Counted from the first letter of the stretch, positions 43,337 to 53,535 are shown. The stretch is DNA of 64,000 nucleotides from an uncultured Chloroflexia bacterium (GCA_963765765.1 CAVXYC010000015.1:64001-128000); one strand, 5' to 3'. Numbers and translations are program-made. Notes: generated by a model not told the origin, from the sequence alone.

Positions 43337-43724
43337 TCAGGATGCGGGAGCAGGACGTGGCTCGGGTGGCTGGCCTCCATCGCGTAGTTCTTGCTTCTCC
43401 GACTTCACGTCGCGAGAAAGTGCGGCATTGAGGGCCGTTCGTATAGCCGCGATTGCCGCCAGCTGACCAATCTGCTGCCAGCTCGGTGAGATGGCCGTGG
43501 CGAGGACGTCAGCGGCGAGCTGGAACTCCAGGCCCCAGCGCGAGATAGCGCGTCAGACCGAGGCGCAGCAGAGTGAATCCTCCGGGGGTCTTGCCTGGAC
43601 GCCGACGCACGAAGGTTACAGTGGTGACCAGACAGCCGATCGCTATTACGATCGCTCCAGCGGCCTCAATGGCCAATCCGAGCCATCGGACACCCTGCGT
43701 GACGAGAGCCTCTGCTAGCTCCAT
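43337..43724 (-). CDS. DUF1622 membrane protein (frameshifted)
   Basis: RL.L.RYLALG/LEFQLAADVL.TA..PSW..IG.LAAIAAIRTALN. Confidence 0.85.
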
Positions 43725-43939
43725 GTCGCTACTTTCGTCGGTGCCGGCCGCCTCGGAAATATCAAATAACCGAAGTTTCGATCCGTCCGATATTGGCGAC
43801 ACCGTGGAACCGACGCGGCATCCTTTAAGTGTGCCTGGCCACCAGCTCTCGTAGTCGGACACACTTGGTGGCCAAACCTCTCGAGGCCTGACTCTAACGG
43901 TTAGATGCCGTCCGACACATTCCCCGAGACGGGGATTTG

Positions 43940-44122
43940 AGAGTACCTCCAGGGGCTTCGACTGAAGAGCGTATCGAGGCCTGGTGTCGCGTGGACATCG
44001 CCGCTCCATCCGGGTTCTGAAGAAGTCAGGGCTACGGTGCGAGGGCCCTCCGCCGATTCGGAGCACGTTAACGCAACCACTTCCGCTTCGCGTTGCTCAA
44101 GGCTGAGTGGCAGGCCTCTTAG
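43940..44122 (+). pseudogene. Degenerate copy of the 3' end of the GNAT gene
   Basis: CACTTCCGCTTCGCGTTGCTCAAG.CTGAGTGGC and upstream blocks match 41150-41335 with indels. Confidence 0.8.
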
Positions 44123-44191
44123 GCTTTCGGCCCGTCCATTGCATACGCCTGAATCGACGAAATCAATGGTCAACGCGATGGGAGTCAGAGA

Positions 44192-44560
44192 ATGGCAACA
44201 AACGTGTCGGCGGATGAGCTATCGAGGATCGAGTCAAAGCTGACTGCGATGCGAATCGAGCTGCAGGGACAAATCGCCACTGAGGAGGACGAGGTCCAGC
44301 AATTTTCCGGAGATCAAGCCGACGAATTCGTTTCCCAGCACGAAGGCGACCTGGGAACGGACACGTTTCTGCAGGAGCGCGCTTTAAGCACCAGGAAAGC
44401 GCTAGAGTCAGAGTTGACGGCCGTGGAGCAAGCGCTGGCTCATATTGCTGATGGCAGCTATGGACAGTGCGAACGATGCGGGCAGCCAATTTCGCTTGAG
44501 CGGCTGCACGCTCGACCACACGCCATTCGCTGTATCGACTGCGAGCGGCAAATGACGTAG
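44192..44560 (+). CDS. TraR/DksA C4 zinc-finger protein (YteA-like)
   Basis: QHEGDLGTD coiled-coil tip, YGQCERCG..I..ERL.A.P.A.RCIDC. Confidence 0.9.
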   Translation: MATNVSADELSRIESKLTAMRIELQGQIATEEDEVQQFSGDQADEFVSQHEGDLGTDTFLQERALSTRKALESELTAVEQALAHIADGSYGQCERCGQPISLERLHARPHAIRCIDCERQMT

Positions 44561-44586
44561 GCTGGTCAACACAAAGGAGGAGCCAG

Positions 44587-45960
44587 ATGGCCCAGACCAT
44601 AGTGGTCCCACTGGACGGTTCTGAGCTGGGGGAAACAGCTCTACCCTGGGCAGCACTCCTCGCGCGTACGCGTGGGTGCTCAATGACACTGGTTCGTATC
44701 GTTCCCTGGCCGGACCTGCCGGCCGGCGAATTTGGTGAGTACTTCTCACCGAACGTCTACGACGACGTCGTCGCGGCCGAGATCGGAGCCGCGCAGGAAT
44801 ATCTGGACGGTCTGAAAGGACGATTCTCGGCGGACGGTGTGACAGTCGACACAGTCGTGCGTGAGGGTATGGCGGCTGAGGGCATCCATGACGTGGCTGA
44901 TGAGCTGGGCGCGTATGCCGTGGCCATGGCGAGTCATGGGCGTGGAGGCGTGGCGCGGATCGTACTCGGGAGCGTTGCCGAACGCCTCCTTCATCAGGCG
45001 ACGGTGCCAGTGTTCCTGATCCGCGCCGGCGGTCCGACGCGTCCTGCGTCATTGAACCGTATCGTGGTTCCGCTGGATGGCTCCACACTGGCGGAGCGAG
45101 GCTTGGATCAGGCTCGAGAGATTGCCGGACCTGACGCCACTCTTGTCCTCGTGCGTGTAGTTGAGCCTGTTTACGACGTGATGGGTAGTGACGATACAAC
45201 CCTTATCGAGAACACGGAAGCCACGGATCAAGAGGAGATCGAGGTAAGAACGTACCTGGACAACCTCATTGCTGATCGAGGTCCGGGCGCCGGCAAAATG
45301 GAGATCGTTCTCCGTCGTGGACGCTCTGGCCATGAGCTGTTGGAAGCGATTCACGATTCGAACGCCGACGCCGTCGTCATGACGACGCATGGCCGCACCG
45401 GACCTACACGCTGGATCATGGGCAGCGTCGCGGACGAGGTGTTCCGCCATACAGATCGGCCAGTGATGCTCGTGAGCGCCCGTATGCTCACCGCGCGAGT
45501 CGTTGGTCGTTTCCTCGTGCGAGACCTCATGACTAAGGATGTGGAGTTCGTCGAGGAGAACGAAACCGTCCTTTCAGTCGTCCGAAAGGTTCTGCGACGT
45601 CGTGTGTCAGGAGCCCCCGTCTTGAATAAGGATGGCGAGCTCGTCGGAATCATCTCCGAGCATGCGCTGCTCAACTGGCACACAAAGGTGGTAGACGAGC
45701 TTGCGAAGGACGAGGACAATCTCGATCCGGTGAAGTACGCAGAGCGCGTCGGAAGCGACACGATCAAGAACCTCTTCACGAAGCCGGCTATCTCCATAGA
45801 TGAGTCAGCCGATTTGAGCTCCGCGACGCGGATGCTCATTGACCACCGGATCCGTCGCTTAGCGGTTACCAGTAACGGACGGCTCGTGGGGGTTATCTCC
45901 CGTGCTGACATTCTCAAGGGGATGGCGGCAAATTGGGAGACGCTCTCGGTTAAGGAGTAG
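44587..45960 (+). CDS. Tandem universal stress protein fused to a CBS pair
   Basis: Two IVVPLDGS...HGR.G..R..GSVA units followed by CBS-CBS (LVGIISE; LVGVISRADIL). Confidence 0.9.
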   Translation: MAQTIVVPLDGSELGETALPWAALLARTRGCSMTLVRIVPWPDLPAGEFGEYFSPNVYDDVVAAEIGAAQEYLDGLKGRFSADGVTVDTVVREGMAAEGIHDVADELGAYAVAMASHGRGGVARIVLGSVAERLLHQATVPVFLIRAGGPTRPASLNRIVVPLDGSTLAERGLDQAREIAGPDATLVLVRVVEPVYDVMGSDDTTLIENTEATDQEEIEVRTYLDNLIADRGPGAGKMEIVLRRGRSGHELLEAIHDSNADAVVMTTHGRTGPTRWIMGSVADEVFRHTDRPVMLVSARMLTARVVGRFLVRDLMTKDVEFVEENETVLSVVRKVLRRRVSGAPVLNKDGELVGIISEHALLNWHTKVVDELAKDEDNLDPVKYAERVGSDTIKNLFTKPAISIDESADLSSATRMLIDHRIRRLAVTSNGRLVGVISRADILKGMAANWETLSVKE

Positions 45961-46040
45961 TCATGCTGGGTGGGGCGCTTGGCGGACGGTGTGTTCGCGG
46001 CGCCTCACCTGGCTCTCTCGCGGGGGTAGGCGAGCCGCGT

Positions 46041-46631
46041 CTACTTCCGCAATTGCTGGACGGCTGCCCAACCTGCCGGAAGAACGAGTGCCCCAACGAG
46101 AATTTTCAGGGCGTCGCCAACCAGGAACGGCGCAACGCCAGCGTCAAATAAGGCTCCCACTGGAACGAATCTCGCCAGGCCGCTGACCCCGCAGACGTAG
46201 ATCATGGCCTGTCCCGCGAGCATGGCCAGTAATGCCGTGTGCACGCGTCGATCCCAGTTTCGTTCGGAAAGCCAGCCCGTTAGCCAGGCCGCCACGACGA
46301 AGCCAACAAGGTAACCAGCGGTTGGGCCAAAGATGGTCGGCACGCCCGGGATACGTGTCGGTGACCATGCGGTCATTCCACCGGCGAAGACCGGGAGGCC
46401 GGCAAGCCCCTCACCGAGATACGCCAGCAATGCCAGTGAGCCCAGGCGCGGTCCCAGCAACGCACCTGTCAACAACACAGCCAGAGTCTGGGCTGATACG
46501 GGCACGGGTGTATTTGGGAGCCAGACGGCGACTGACGCCGAAACTGCCACAAACAAGCTCGCGGCAATGACCAGGAGCGCATCCTGCCACACGCGGCGAC
46601 GTGGCGCCGCTGCATCGATCATGACTGCCAT
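46041..46631 (-). CDS. bioY: Biotin transporter BioY
   Basis: PVP.SAQTLAVLL.G, G..GLPVFAGG, GPTAGYL.GF, PFL.GD.LK. Confidence 0.93.
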   Translation of the reverse strand: MAVMIDAAAPRRRVWQDALLVIAASLFVAVSASVAVWLPNTPVPVSAQTLAVLLTGALLGPRLGSLALLAYLGEGLAGLPVFAGGMTAWSPTRIPGVPTIFGPTAGYLVGFVVAAWLTGWLSERNWDRRVHTALLAMLAGQAMIYVCGVSGLARFVPVGALFDAGVAPFLVGDALKILVGALVLPAGWAAVQQLRK

Positions 46632-46673
46632 GAGACCTCCGAAATTACCGCGCGTCTGTGTTGATCTATGCGT

Positions 46674-47471
46674 CTAAAGACCAGTGATGTGATAGCCGGC
46701 ATCAACAAAGAGAATCTCGCCGGTAATACCACGGGCCATCGGGCTACAGAGGAAGAGTGCCGTGCTGCCTACCTCGGCCGCGTCCACATTTCGCTTGAGC
46801 GGGGAGCGCTTTTCCATTTCCTCTTCCATGACCGTGAATCCTGAGATGGATCGAGCTGCCAGGGTGCGGATTGGGCCGGCCGAGATCGCGTTGACACGGA
46901 TGTTTTTTGGACCCAGCTCCAGCGCTAGATAACGAACGCTCGATTCAAGTGCGGCCTTGGCCACGCCCATGACATTGTAGTGTGGCACGGCGCGCTCTCC
47001 GCCGAGATAGGTCATGGTCAGGACGCTGCCACCGCTACGCTTCTCCATAAGCGGCTCAGCGCGCTTGACCATGGCTGTCAGCGAGTACGCGCTGATGTCC
47101 AGAGCCATATGGAAGTTGCTGCGTGATGTATCAGTGAAGCGTCCTTCCAGATCTTCCTTCGCGGCGAAGGCGACACTGTGCACCAGGATGTCTAGCCCAT
47201 CGAACTGCTTGCCGACCTCACCGAACACGGTATCCAGGTCTTCGTCACGGGTCACGTCACATGGAAAAACAGGAGCGTCCTGACCAAGTGAGCTGGCGAG
47301 CTCGCGAACCCCGGCTTCGATGCGCTCGCCTTGATACGTAAACGCCAGTCGGGCGCCCGCCTCGGCCAGGGACTGGGCTATGGCCCAGGCAATGCTGCGA
47401 CGATTGGCAACGCCAAACACCAGCGCGGTTTGGCCTTCGAGAGCTCGCCCGACGGGAGCGGTCTGCGTCAT
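46674..47471 (-). CDS. fabI: Enoyl-ACP reductase FabI
   Basis: GVANRRSIAW, HSVAFA, YNVMGVAKAALE, SAGPIRTLAA. Confidence 0.96.
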   Translation of the reverse strand: MTQTAPVGRALEGQTALVFGVANRRSIAWAIAQSLAEAGARLAFTYQGERIEAGVRELASSLGQDAPVFPCDVTRDEDLDTVFGEVGKQFDGLDILVHSVAFAAKEDLEGRFTDTSRSNFHMALDISAYSLTAMVKRAEPLMEKRSGGSVLTMTYLGGERAVPHYNVMGVAKAALESSVRYLALELGPKNIRVNAISAGPIRTLAARSISGFTVMEEEMEKRSPLKRNVDAAEVGSTALFLCSPMARGITGEILFVDAGYHITGL

Positions 47472-47529
47472 GTCATTCTCCAGAATGGAACGCTGAGATG
47501 CGGACGGGCGATGACCCGCAAGCCGCCAC

Positions 47530-48350
47530 TCAGTCGAGTTTGCCTAGCTCGCGGGAGCGCTCTGTGGCCGCCAGTACGGCGTTCATGACGATGCCGCGAA
47601 ACCCGCCATTCTCCAGTGCGTGGATGCCTGCCATGGTCGTTCCGCCAGGCGAGCTCACCATCTCCCGCAGTGTAGCCGGATGTCGTTGTGTCTCGAGGAT
47701 CATCTGGGCAGTGCCCAGCGTCGTCTGGACGGCCAGTGTGGTTGCAACATCACGGCCGAGACCCACGCGCACGCCGCCTTCGATCAATGCCTCGATGAAC
47801 AGCGCCACAAAGGCAGGACCGCTGCCGGACAGCCCGGTGACCGCATCGAGATAGGCCTCGGGAAGCGTGACCGCCTGACCCGACGGCGCTAAAGATCTTC
47901 GTCGCTAGCTCTTCGTCGCGCGGTCGAGCGTGCTCGCCCAGGGCGAGCACGGCCATGCCGGCTCGAACGAGCGCCGGAGTGTTGGGCATGACGCGGATCA
48001 CCGGGGTGGGACCTGGCAAAGCGCGCTGAATCGCTCGGATCGGTACGCCCGCGGCTACAGATATGACAAGCTGCTCGCCTCCGAGCACCGGCCCCACCTC
48101 ACCCAGGAGCTTGGGCACATCCTGCGGCTTCACGGTGAGGATGACGATCTCACCATGTGAGGCAGCTTCGGTATTGCTCTCGACTTGTGCGAATTCCGAG
48201 GGATCCGGAAAGCTCGTCGAGTCGATCGGGCCGAACGTCCGTGGCGGTAATCTGTTCCGGACTCACGAGCTTGGAATCGAGAACGCCGCCGATGATGGCC
48301 TCAGCGATCTGGCCGGCGCCCAGGAATACAATGCTCGGAAGATCAGCCAT
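47530..48350 (-). CDS. proC: Pyrroline-5-carboxylate reductase (two frameshifts)
   Basis: FLGAGQIAEA, VKPQ, ISVAAG, RVMPNTP, GLSGSGPA, V.SPGGTT. Confidence 0.92.
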
Positions 48351-48765
48351 GGCTCTGTAGCTGTCCTGATTTCATCTTCTGCGTCGCGCGCTCGAGAAAT
48401 CGGTCAAGGCCCACGATGAACCGCTCGTGCCACCCTTCGCCGATAAGGTCGACCGGATCCCTGGCTTCGACCTTGAAGCGCACGCGCCGCCCATCCACTT
48501 CGACAACCTCTGCGCGGGCGGTCACCTCGAGTCCAATGGGCGATGCCGCGAGATGCTTGATATCGACGACCGTCCCGACACTCGTTTCGCCGTCAGCCAG
48601 GTGGATCGCGATGGCGTTCCAGGACGCGTGCTCCATGAGGCCGATCATGGACGGCGTGGAAAACATTGGCACAGCGCCCTCAACGACTTCATTGGCCGTG
48701 TTTCCTACGCGAACCGTCGTCGTAGCTTCGCCAATCAGCCCAACCGCGAGCGAATCCAATGGCAC
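48343..48765 (-). CDS. FlK-like hotdog thioesterase
   Basis: FSTP.MIGLME, SVGT.V.I.HLAA.P.G, G.HERF; GTG start after GGAGGA. Confidence 0.88.
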   Translation of the reverse strand: MPLDSLAVGLIGEATTTVRVGNTANEVVEGAVPMFSTPSMIGLMEHASWNAIAIHLADGETSVGTVVDIKHLAASPIGLEVTARAEVVEVDGRRVRFKVEARDPVDLIGEGWHERFIVGLDRFLERATQKMKSGQLQSHG

Positions 48766-48829
48766 CCATCTCCTCCGTAAGGAGCCCAAGGATATCAGAG
48801 TCGGACCCGTGCAATCCCGGCTTGGGAGG

Positions 48830-49190
48830 GGCCGCGGATTGCGGCCAGCGGAGGCAATGGTTTGGATGAACCGCGACACCGACGATTCGGACTGTAGCGA
48901 GAGTTGGAGCCGCGCTACCGCACCTCGCACTCGAGCCCTTCGGGCCTCGGTCGTTTTATCCCGCACCCCAGACGGACTCCGGGATAGAATTCCGTCGCAT
49001 GGTCCGGCTCGTTCTTCGGCTCATGATGGTGCGCACGCCGACTCACTGGGCGCGAGCGTCGTGACCATCGAGCCATCCCAGAAAAGACGCACAGCCTCTG
49101 GTGGATTCCCACGTTGATGCACTGGGGCCGGATCGGCTTTCCGGCCTGGCGCTGTGCCCCCGGCCACTTCGATTCGGGGCAGAAACACTG
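48830..49190 (-). ncRNA. Candidate structured leader or ncRNA (family not recognised; strand inferred)
   Basis: No convincing ORF; several consecutive stems incl. 3-way junction GCACAGC/GCTGTGC followed by GTCTTTT on the minus strand. Confidence 0.3.
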
Positions 49191-49303
49191 TCTTTATCAT
49201 CGGCGACGCCAGGCGGCGGCGCTGAGCGCGGCAATCAACGGAAACGTCCTGGTGTTAGTCGGTCGAATGCGTCGGCGCGTCGAAGGGCGCGGGTCGCCAC
49301 GCG

Positions 49304-51361
49304 TTGATTAGCTCCAAGGACAATCGGGCCACCTTCATCGGTTGGATCGTCGTCGGCATCGCGGCGGTGCTGCGCCTGGGCTGGCTGGATCTCGCCGCTT
49401 ATCAGTACGACGAGGCTGACGTCCTTCTGCGTGTCTTCGACATGCAGGGAGGACAGATCCCTCTCACCGGCGCAATGACCTCATGGGGGGTGCCGGATCC
49501 GCCCATGATGGTCTATTTCGCAGCTCTGGTGGCGTGGCTCCCTCAGCCGGCTCTTGGCATCGCGGGCCTGGTAGCGGTCATGAACGTGATCGCGGTGGGA
49601 GTTACGTACGTCGCAGCCTTACGTCATTTCGGACTCTGGACCGCCCTTGCCGCGGGTCTGTTGTTCGCGGTCAATCCCTGGGCAGTGTATTTCGGGCGGC
49701 GATTCTGGACGGAGATCCTGCCTGTCTTCACGGCGGTCGCATTCTGGGCCACCCTGGAGATCACACAGCGGCGAGATCCGCGATGGCTCCCCGTGCTTGG
49801 CGCCGCCCTCGCAACCCAAATTCAGGCGCGGCTTCTCGGTGGCCTCTATGTTCCAGCGGCTCTCATCTCAACATTGCCGGTTGCCTATCGGTGGGGGCGC
49901 TCCATTGCGCTGACCGCCGTCATCGTCCTGGTGATTTCATCGCCGTTCATCATTTACGTCGCCACGTCGCTCGATGAGATCTTGCGTGCGCTGAGAGAGG
50001 GCAGTCGAGGACTGTCATCCGAAGCAAACGCCGGGCTTCTGGATCTGGTGCGGTGGACGATCTCAGGTGAGCATCTACTGCCCCTGGAGAATCGTCGACT
50101 GACCGACCTTCAATGGCTTGGAGGCCTCGTCAAGCTCGTTGGTATAGCGACGGCAGCGCTGCTGGTTGCCGGCGCTGCGCTGAGTGTCGTGGCTACGGTG
50201 CGCCGCAACTCCGGATGGACTCGGTATCCTATCTTGCTTCTATGGGCTATCACGCCCATCGCACTTCTGGCGGCGCAAACATCCTCCCTCTACCTTCACT
50301 ATCTCGTCGTTCTCTCGCCGTTCCCGTTCCTACTGATGGGATTGACCATCGGTTGGCTCATGAATGGCGGGCGGTTGGACACGACGGGACACGTGCCTGT
50401 GCGGTCGATTCCACGGGGCAGCCTGCGGCTTGGTGGAGCGCTGCTGTTGATCTTCGTGGTCTACGTGCAGTCCAGCCTCACGCTGTCGCTCTACTCAACG
50501 CTGCGGATCTATGACGTTCGGGACGACGAGCGGCAATCACCGCCAGCGCAGTCGCAGACCGCGGCCGCTCAGATAGCCGAGAGCGGGCCAAGAGAAACGG
50601 CGCAGGCGCTGGGTACGGGGGAGACCTATGGGATCGAGATTCCCATGCGTTACTGGCTCGACGTACGGTCCGTTGCTTTGAGACTTGCACGTGCGATGCC
50701 CACGTCAGAGGTACTGGTGCTGACGGAAGGGACGATTCCAATCGCGGAGGAGCGCCCGGCGATGGTGGAGGGGATGATTGGACCAGAGCTTCGCGGTCGC
50801 TATTTGCGGCCATTGAGCCTGGCGATCCCGCTCAATCGACCGTCGTTGGTGCTGGAGACCTGGGGGCTTGATCCGGCCGAGCCATTCCAGCGGCTGGGTG
50901 ACCGGCTAGAGACTGTGCCGTTGCCCACGAGTAGTCGCAACTCTCGTGACGCGACTCGTTTCTATCGCATCCCTGCCCGGACGGTGGACGAATGGTCAGC
51001 GCTCTCGGACGGCAACCTGAACATGAATCTGGGTGGAGCGCGGATTGTTGGCGCGCGTGGCCCCGAGCGCGTCCGCTCTGGGGAAACGATTGAACTTGTG
51101 ACGTATTGGATCGTTGAGCCTGGGATCGAGTTGACAGCCGAGAAGGTCTTCGTGCGTCTCATCGATCAGCGCGGCCAGCGCGTAGCAACCAGTGAGCTGA
51201 TGCTATCGGACGATCTCTACGAAGCCCGTGAGACGCTCGGGGTGGTGCTCCGCCATGATCTCGAAGTGTCTAGCCGCGCCGCCCCCGGTGAGTATCGATT
51301 TGAGGTTTCGACAGGAGATGACTCGACATTCGCCGCGCGGACGGAAGTGATGGGGCGGTAG
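49304..51361 (+). CDS. GT39/ArnT-PMT-like membrane glycosyltransferase
   Basis: YQYDEA, PPMM.Y, AAGLLFAVNPWAV...R, YLHYL; soluble C-terminal domain. Confidence 0.8.
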   Translation: MISSKDNRATFIGWIVVGIAAVLRLGWLDLAAYQYDEADVLLRVFDMQGGQIPLTGAMTSWGVPDPPMMVYFAALVAWLPQPALGIAGLVAVMNVIAVGVTYVAALRHFGLWTALAAGLLFAVNPWAVYFGRRFWTEILPVFTAVAFWATLEITQRRDPRWLPVLGAALATQIQARLLGGLYVPAALISTLPVAYRWGRSIALTAVIVLVISSPFIIYVATSLDEILRALREGSRGLSSEANAGLLDLVRWTISGEHLLPLENRRLTDLQWLGGLVKLVGIATAALLVAGAALSVVATVRRNSGWTRYPILLLWAITPIALLAAQTSSLYLHYLVVLSPFPFLLMGLTIGWLMNGGRLDTTGHVPVRSIPRGSLRLGGALLLIFVVYVQSSLTLSLYSTLRIYDVRDDERQSPPAQSQTAAAQIAESGPRETAQALGTGETYGIEIPMRYWLDVRSVALRLARAMPTSEVLVLTEGTIPIAEERPAMVEGMIGPELRGRYLRPLSLAIPLNRPSLVLETWGLDPAEPFQRLGDRLETVPLPTSSRNSRDATRFYRIPARTVDEWSALSDGNLNMNLGGARIVGARGPERVRSGETIELVTYWIVEPGIELTAEKVFVRLIDQRGQRVATSELMLSDDLYEARETLGVVLRHDLEVSSRAAPGEYRFEVSTGDDSTFAARTEVMGR

Positions 51362-51410
51362 AGCGTCTCTGAGCGCCGCGCGGCTCAATGCCATCTAACC
51401 CATGTGGAAG

Positions 51411-52145
51411 TCATTTCGCGTCGTGGAAGATGATCCCGAGGGTTGATCGCTTGCCTCGGCGGATGCGGCTTACACCGTGGCGCACGTTGGCTCGATAGTA
51501 TCCGCGCGTGCCTTTAATCGGTCTGTAGCGAGTGGTGAAGATCACCAGGGCACCTTGCACCGGCTGCAGGGCCTCGCCGATTGACTGAGCCCGAGGTCTC
51601 TGCTCCACGAGAATGAACTCACCGCCGTCGAAATCAACCGAAGGCTTTGAGAGAAACGCTGTGATCTGCAGAGGGAACCAGATCTCGCCGTAGAGATCCT
51701 GATGGAGGCAGTTGTATCCGCCCTCGTTGTAGCGCAGTAAAAGCGGCGTTGGACGGGTCTGCCCCGACTTATGACAGTCGTCCAGGAACTCCTCCAGTCG
51801 ATCAGGATAGGTAACCGTCTGTCCCAGCGCCTGCTCTAGTTCCGATGCAATCCTAGCTAAGTGTCCGAAGAGCGCGCTTCGAAGCTCCGTGACTTCCGGT
51901 GGAAGCGGGTACTGAAAATATTTGTACTCGCCTATTCCAAAGTTGTGCGCAGCCATGTCGATACGCTTTCGAAATCGCGATTCGTCTTCGTAGAGTGAGT
52001 CCAGGGCCGCGCATTCTTCTTGCGACAGAATTGCTCCGGTCTGAGCATAGCCGTAGCGCCAGAGCGACGACTCGATCGCGGGCCAGTCGAGCGCGTCGAT
52101 GCGATTGGAGATTGTCGTCGCATGCTTCTTTTCTGTCGCTGTCAT
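51411..52145 (-). CDS. 2OG-Fe(II) oxygenase (DUF2086-like)
   Basis: FG.GEYKYF, RPTPLLL.Y, NCLHQDLYG, EQRPR.QS, RHGVS, GIIFHDA. Confidence 0.9.
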   Translation of the reverse strand: MTATEKKHATTISNRIDALDWPAIESSLWRYGYAQTGAILSQEECAALDSLYEDESRFRKRIDMAAHNFGIGEYKYFQYPLPPEVTELRSALFGHLARIASELEQALGQTVTYPDRLEEFLDDCHKSGQTRPTPLLLRYNEGGYNCLHQDLYGEIWFPLQITAFLSKPSVDFDGGEFILVEQRPRAQSIGEALQPVQGALVIFTTRYRPIKGTRGYYRANVRHGVSRIRRGKRSTLGIIFHDAK

Positions 52146-52218
52146 TGTGACGTAGCTCCGTTGTAAGTCCGGTGTGTCAGCATGTATCGTCCGCTTAGTT
52201 TTACATAGAGAGGAACAC

Positions 52219-53392
52219 ATGCTTCTGGTTCGTTCGTTCGGCGCGGTGAGCGCAATTGCACTCCTCCTGGCGGTGACCGCGTGCGCGCCGGCCGCGACCC
52301 CCAGTCCCACGGCGGCTCCAGCCAAGCCCGCCACGACCAGCTCCCCGGCTGCCGCGAGCGGTTCTCCGGCGGCAGCCCGCGCCAAGCCGCGCTTCGCCAG
52401 CAGCGTCTCCAGCGGCGGCCGCCAGCAGTGCGCCAGCCGCCGCTCCCGCTCCGGTAGCCAAGCCCGCGGACTTCCCCAGCAAGCCGATTGAGATCGTGGT
52501 GCCATTCGCGGCGGGTGGTGGGTATGACGTCGTCTCACGTCAGCTCGCTGTCCCGCTTCAAAAGATCGTGGGCCAGCCCGTGGTGATCAAGAACGTGGTG
52601 GGCGGCGGTCAGCGCATTGGCGCACGAACACTGCAGCAATCGCCCGCTGACGGCCACACCATCGGCTATTTCGCTGACTCCACGCTGTATCCCGCGACGC
52701 TCGTGGAGGCGCCCGAAGGTTTCGACCTGAACAGCTGGACCTGGATCGCGGGGTTGCGCAAGTCTCCCGTTTACATCGGGGTTGGCAAGGACTCCAAGAT
52801 CAAGAACATCCAGGAATTGCTGGACGCCGACAAGGCCGGCACGCGGCTGAGATTTGGGCATGGCGGAATCGGGAACTTCCTGCCCACGCAGGTGGCCTTT
52901 GCTGAGACTGTTGGATTGAAGAACGCGGCATACGTGGGCGGCTTCACGGGGACTGCTGATATGGCGCCAGCACTGGTGCGTGGCGACCTGGACGTGGAGG
53001 TGCTCTCCCCGATCTCATCTACAATTCAGTTCGTCCAATCGGGCGATGTCAAGCCGATCCTTCAGCTCGAAGCGACCCGCAATCCGCTTCTTCCTGACAC
53101 TCCTACCGCGCGTGAGGTTGGACTTCCTAACCTCACCGACCTCGAGGCCATTGGCGGTTTCACTTCGGGAATCTCCGCGCCTCCTGGCGTTCCTGAGGAC
53201 CGAGTGAAGTACCTGGAGTACGCGGTGCTCAGCGCGGTTCAAGACCCCGAATTTGCACAGTGGGCGAAGACAGCCGGTGTGGAATCAGACCTTCTCTCGC
53301 TTCCCGGTGCAGAGATCAAGGATCGCAAGGTCAGCGAGTATCAGCTCTACACCAAGTACAAGGATGCCCTAGCCAAGGCTGCCGGTTCGTAG
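52219..53392 (+). CDS. TctC/Bug tripartite tricarboxylate transporter substrate-binding lipoprotein (frameshift in Pro/Ala linker)
   Basis: Lipobox VTAC, PA-rich linker, IVVPFAAGGGYD, KNV.GGG, ADGHTI, APPGVP. Confidence 0.85.
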
Positions 53393-53410
53393 TCGATCAT
53401 TCTTCAGTGC

Positions 53411-53453
53411 ACGAAAGAGCGCCTGCCCTATATCGGGGCAGGCGCTCTTTCGT
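53411..53453. terminator. Intrinsic terminator
   Basis: ACGAAAGAGCGCCTGCCC / GGGCAGGCGCTCTTTCGT. Confidence 0.8.
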
Positions 53454-53535
53454 TGTTACTCGTCCCTAATTGCGGACCAACGGTTCGATTCGATGACGCT
53501 TGTCCCGCCGCAGTCCAAAGGGGTGGCACCGATCG

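Noticed and set aside
48830-49190. Assignment to known RNAs (glmS, c-di-AMP, ykkC, fluoride, T-box, raiA, SRP, RNase P)
   Set aside because: Only short partial resemblances (e.g. AGCGCCAG, TCCCGCACCC, GCGGGATAAAA); the other conserved blocks are missing.
52280-52470. Low-complexity GC repeats here and at the hflK/hflC 3' ends
   Set aside because: They encode Pro/Ala/Thr-rich linkers and are not independent DNA repeats.
52146-52538. N-terminal extension of the 2OG oxygenase in the ORF track
   Set aside because: It is antisense to the TctC signal and linker region; the real start is most likely MTATEKK at 52145.
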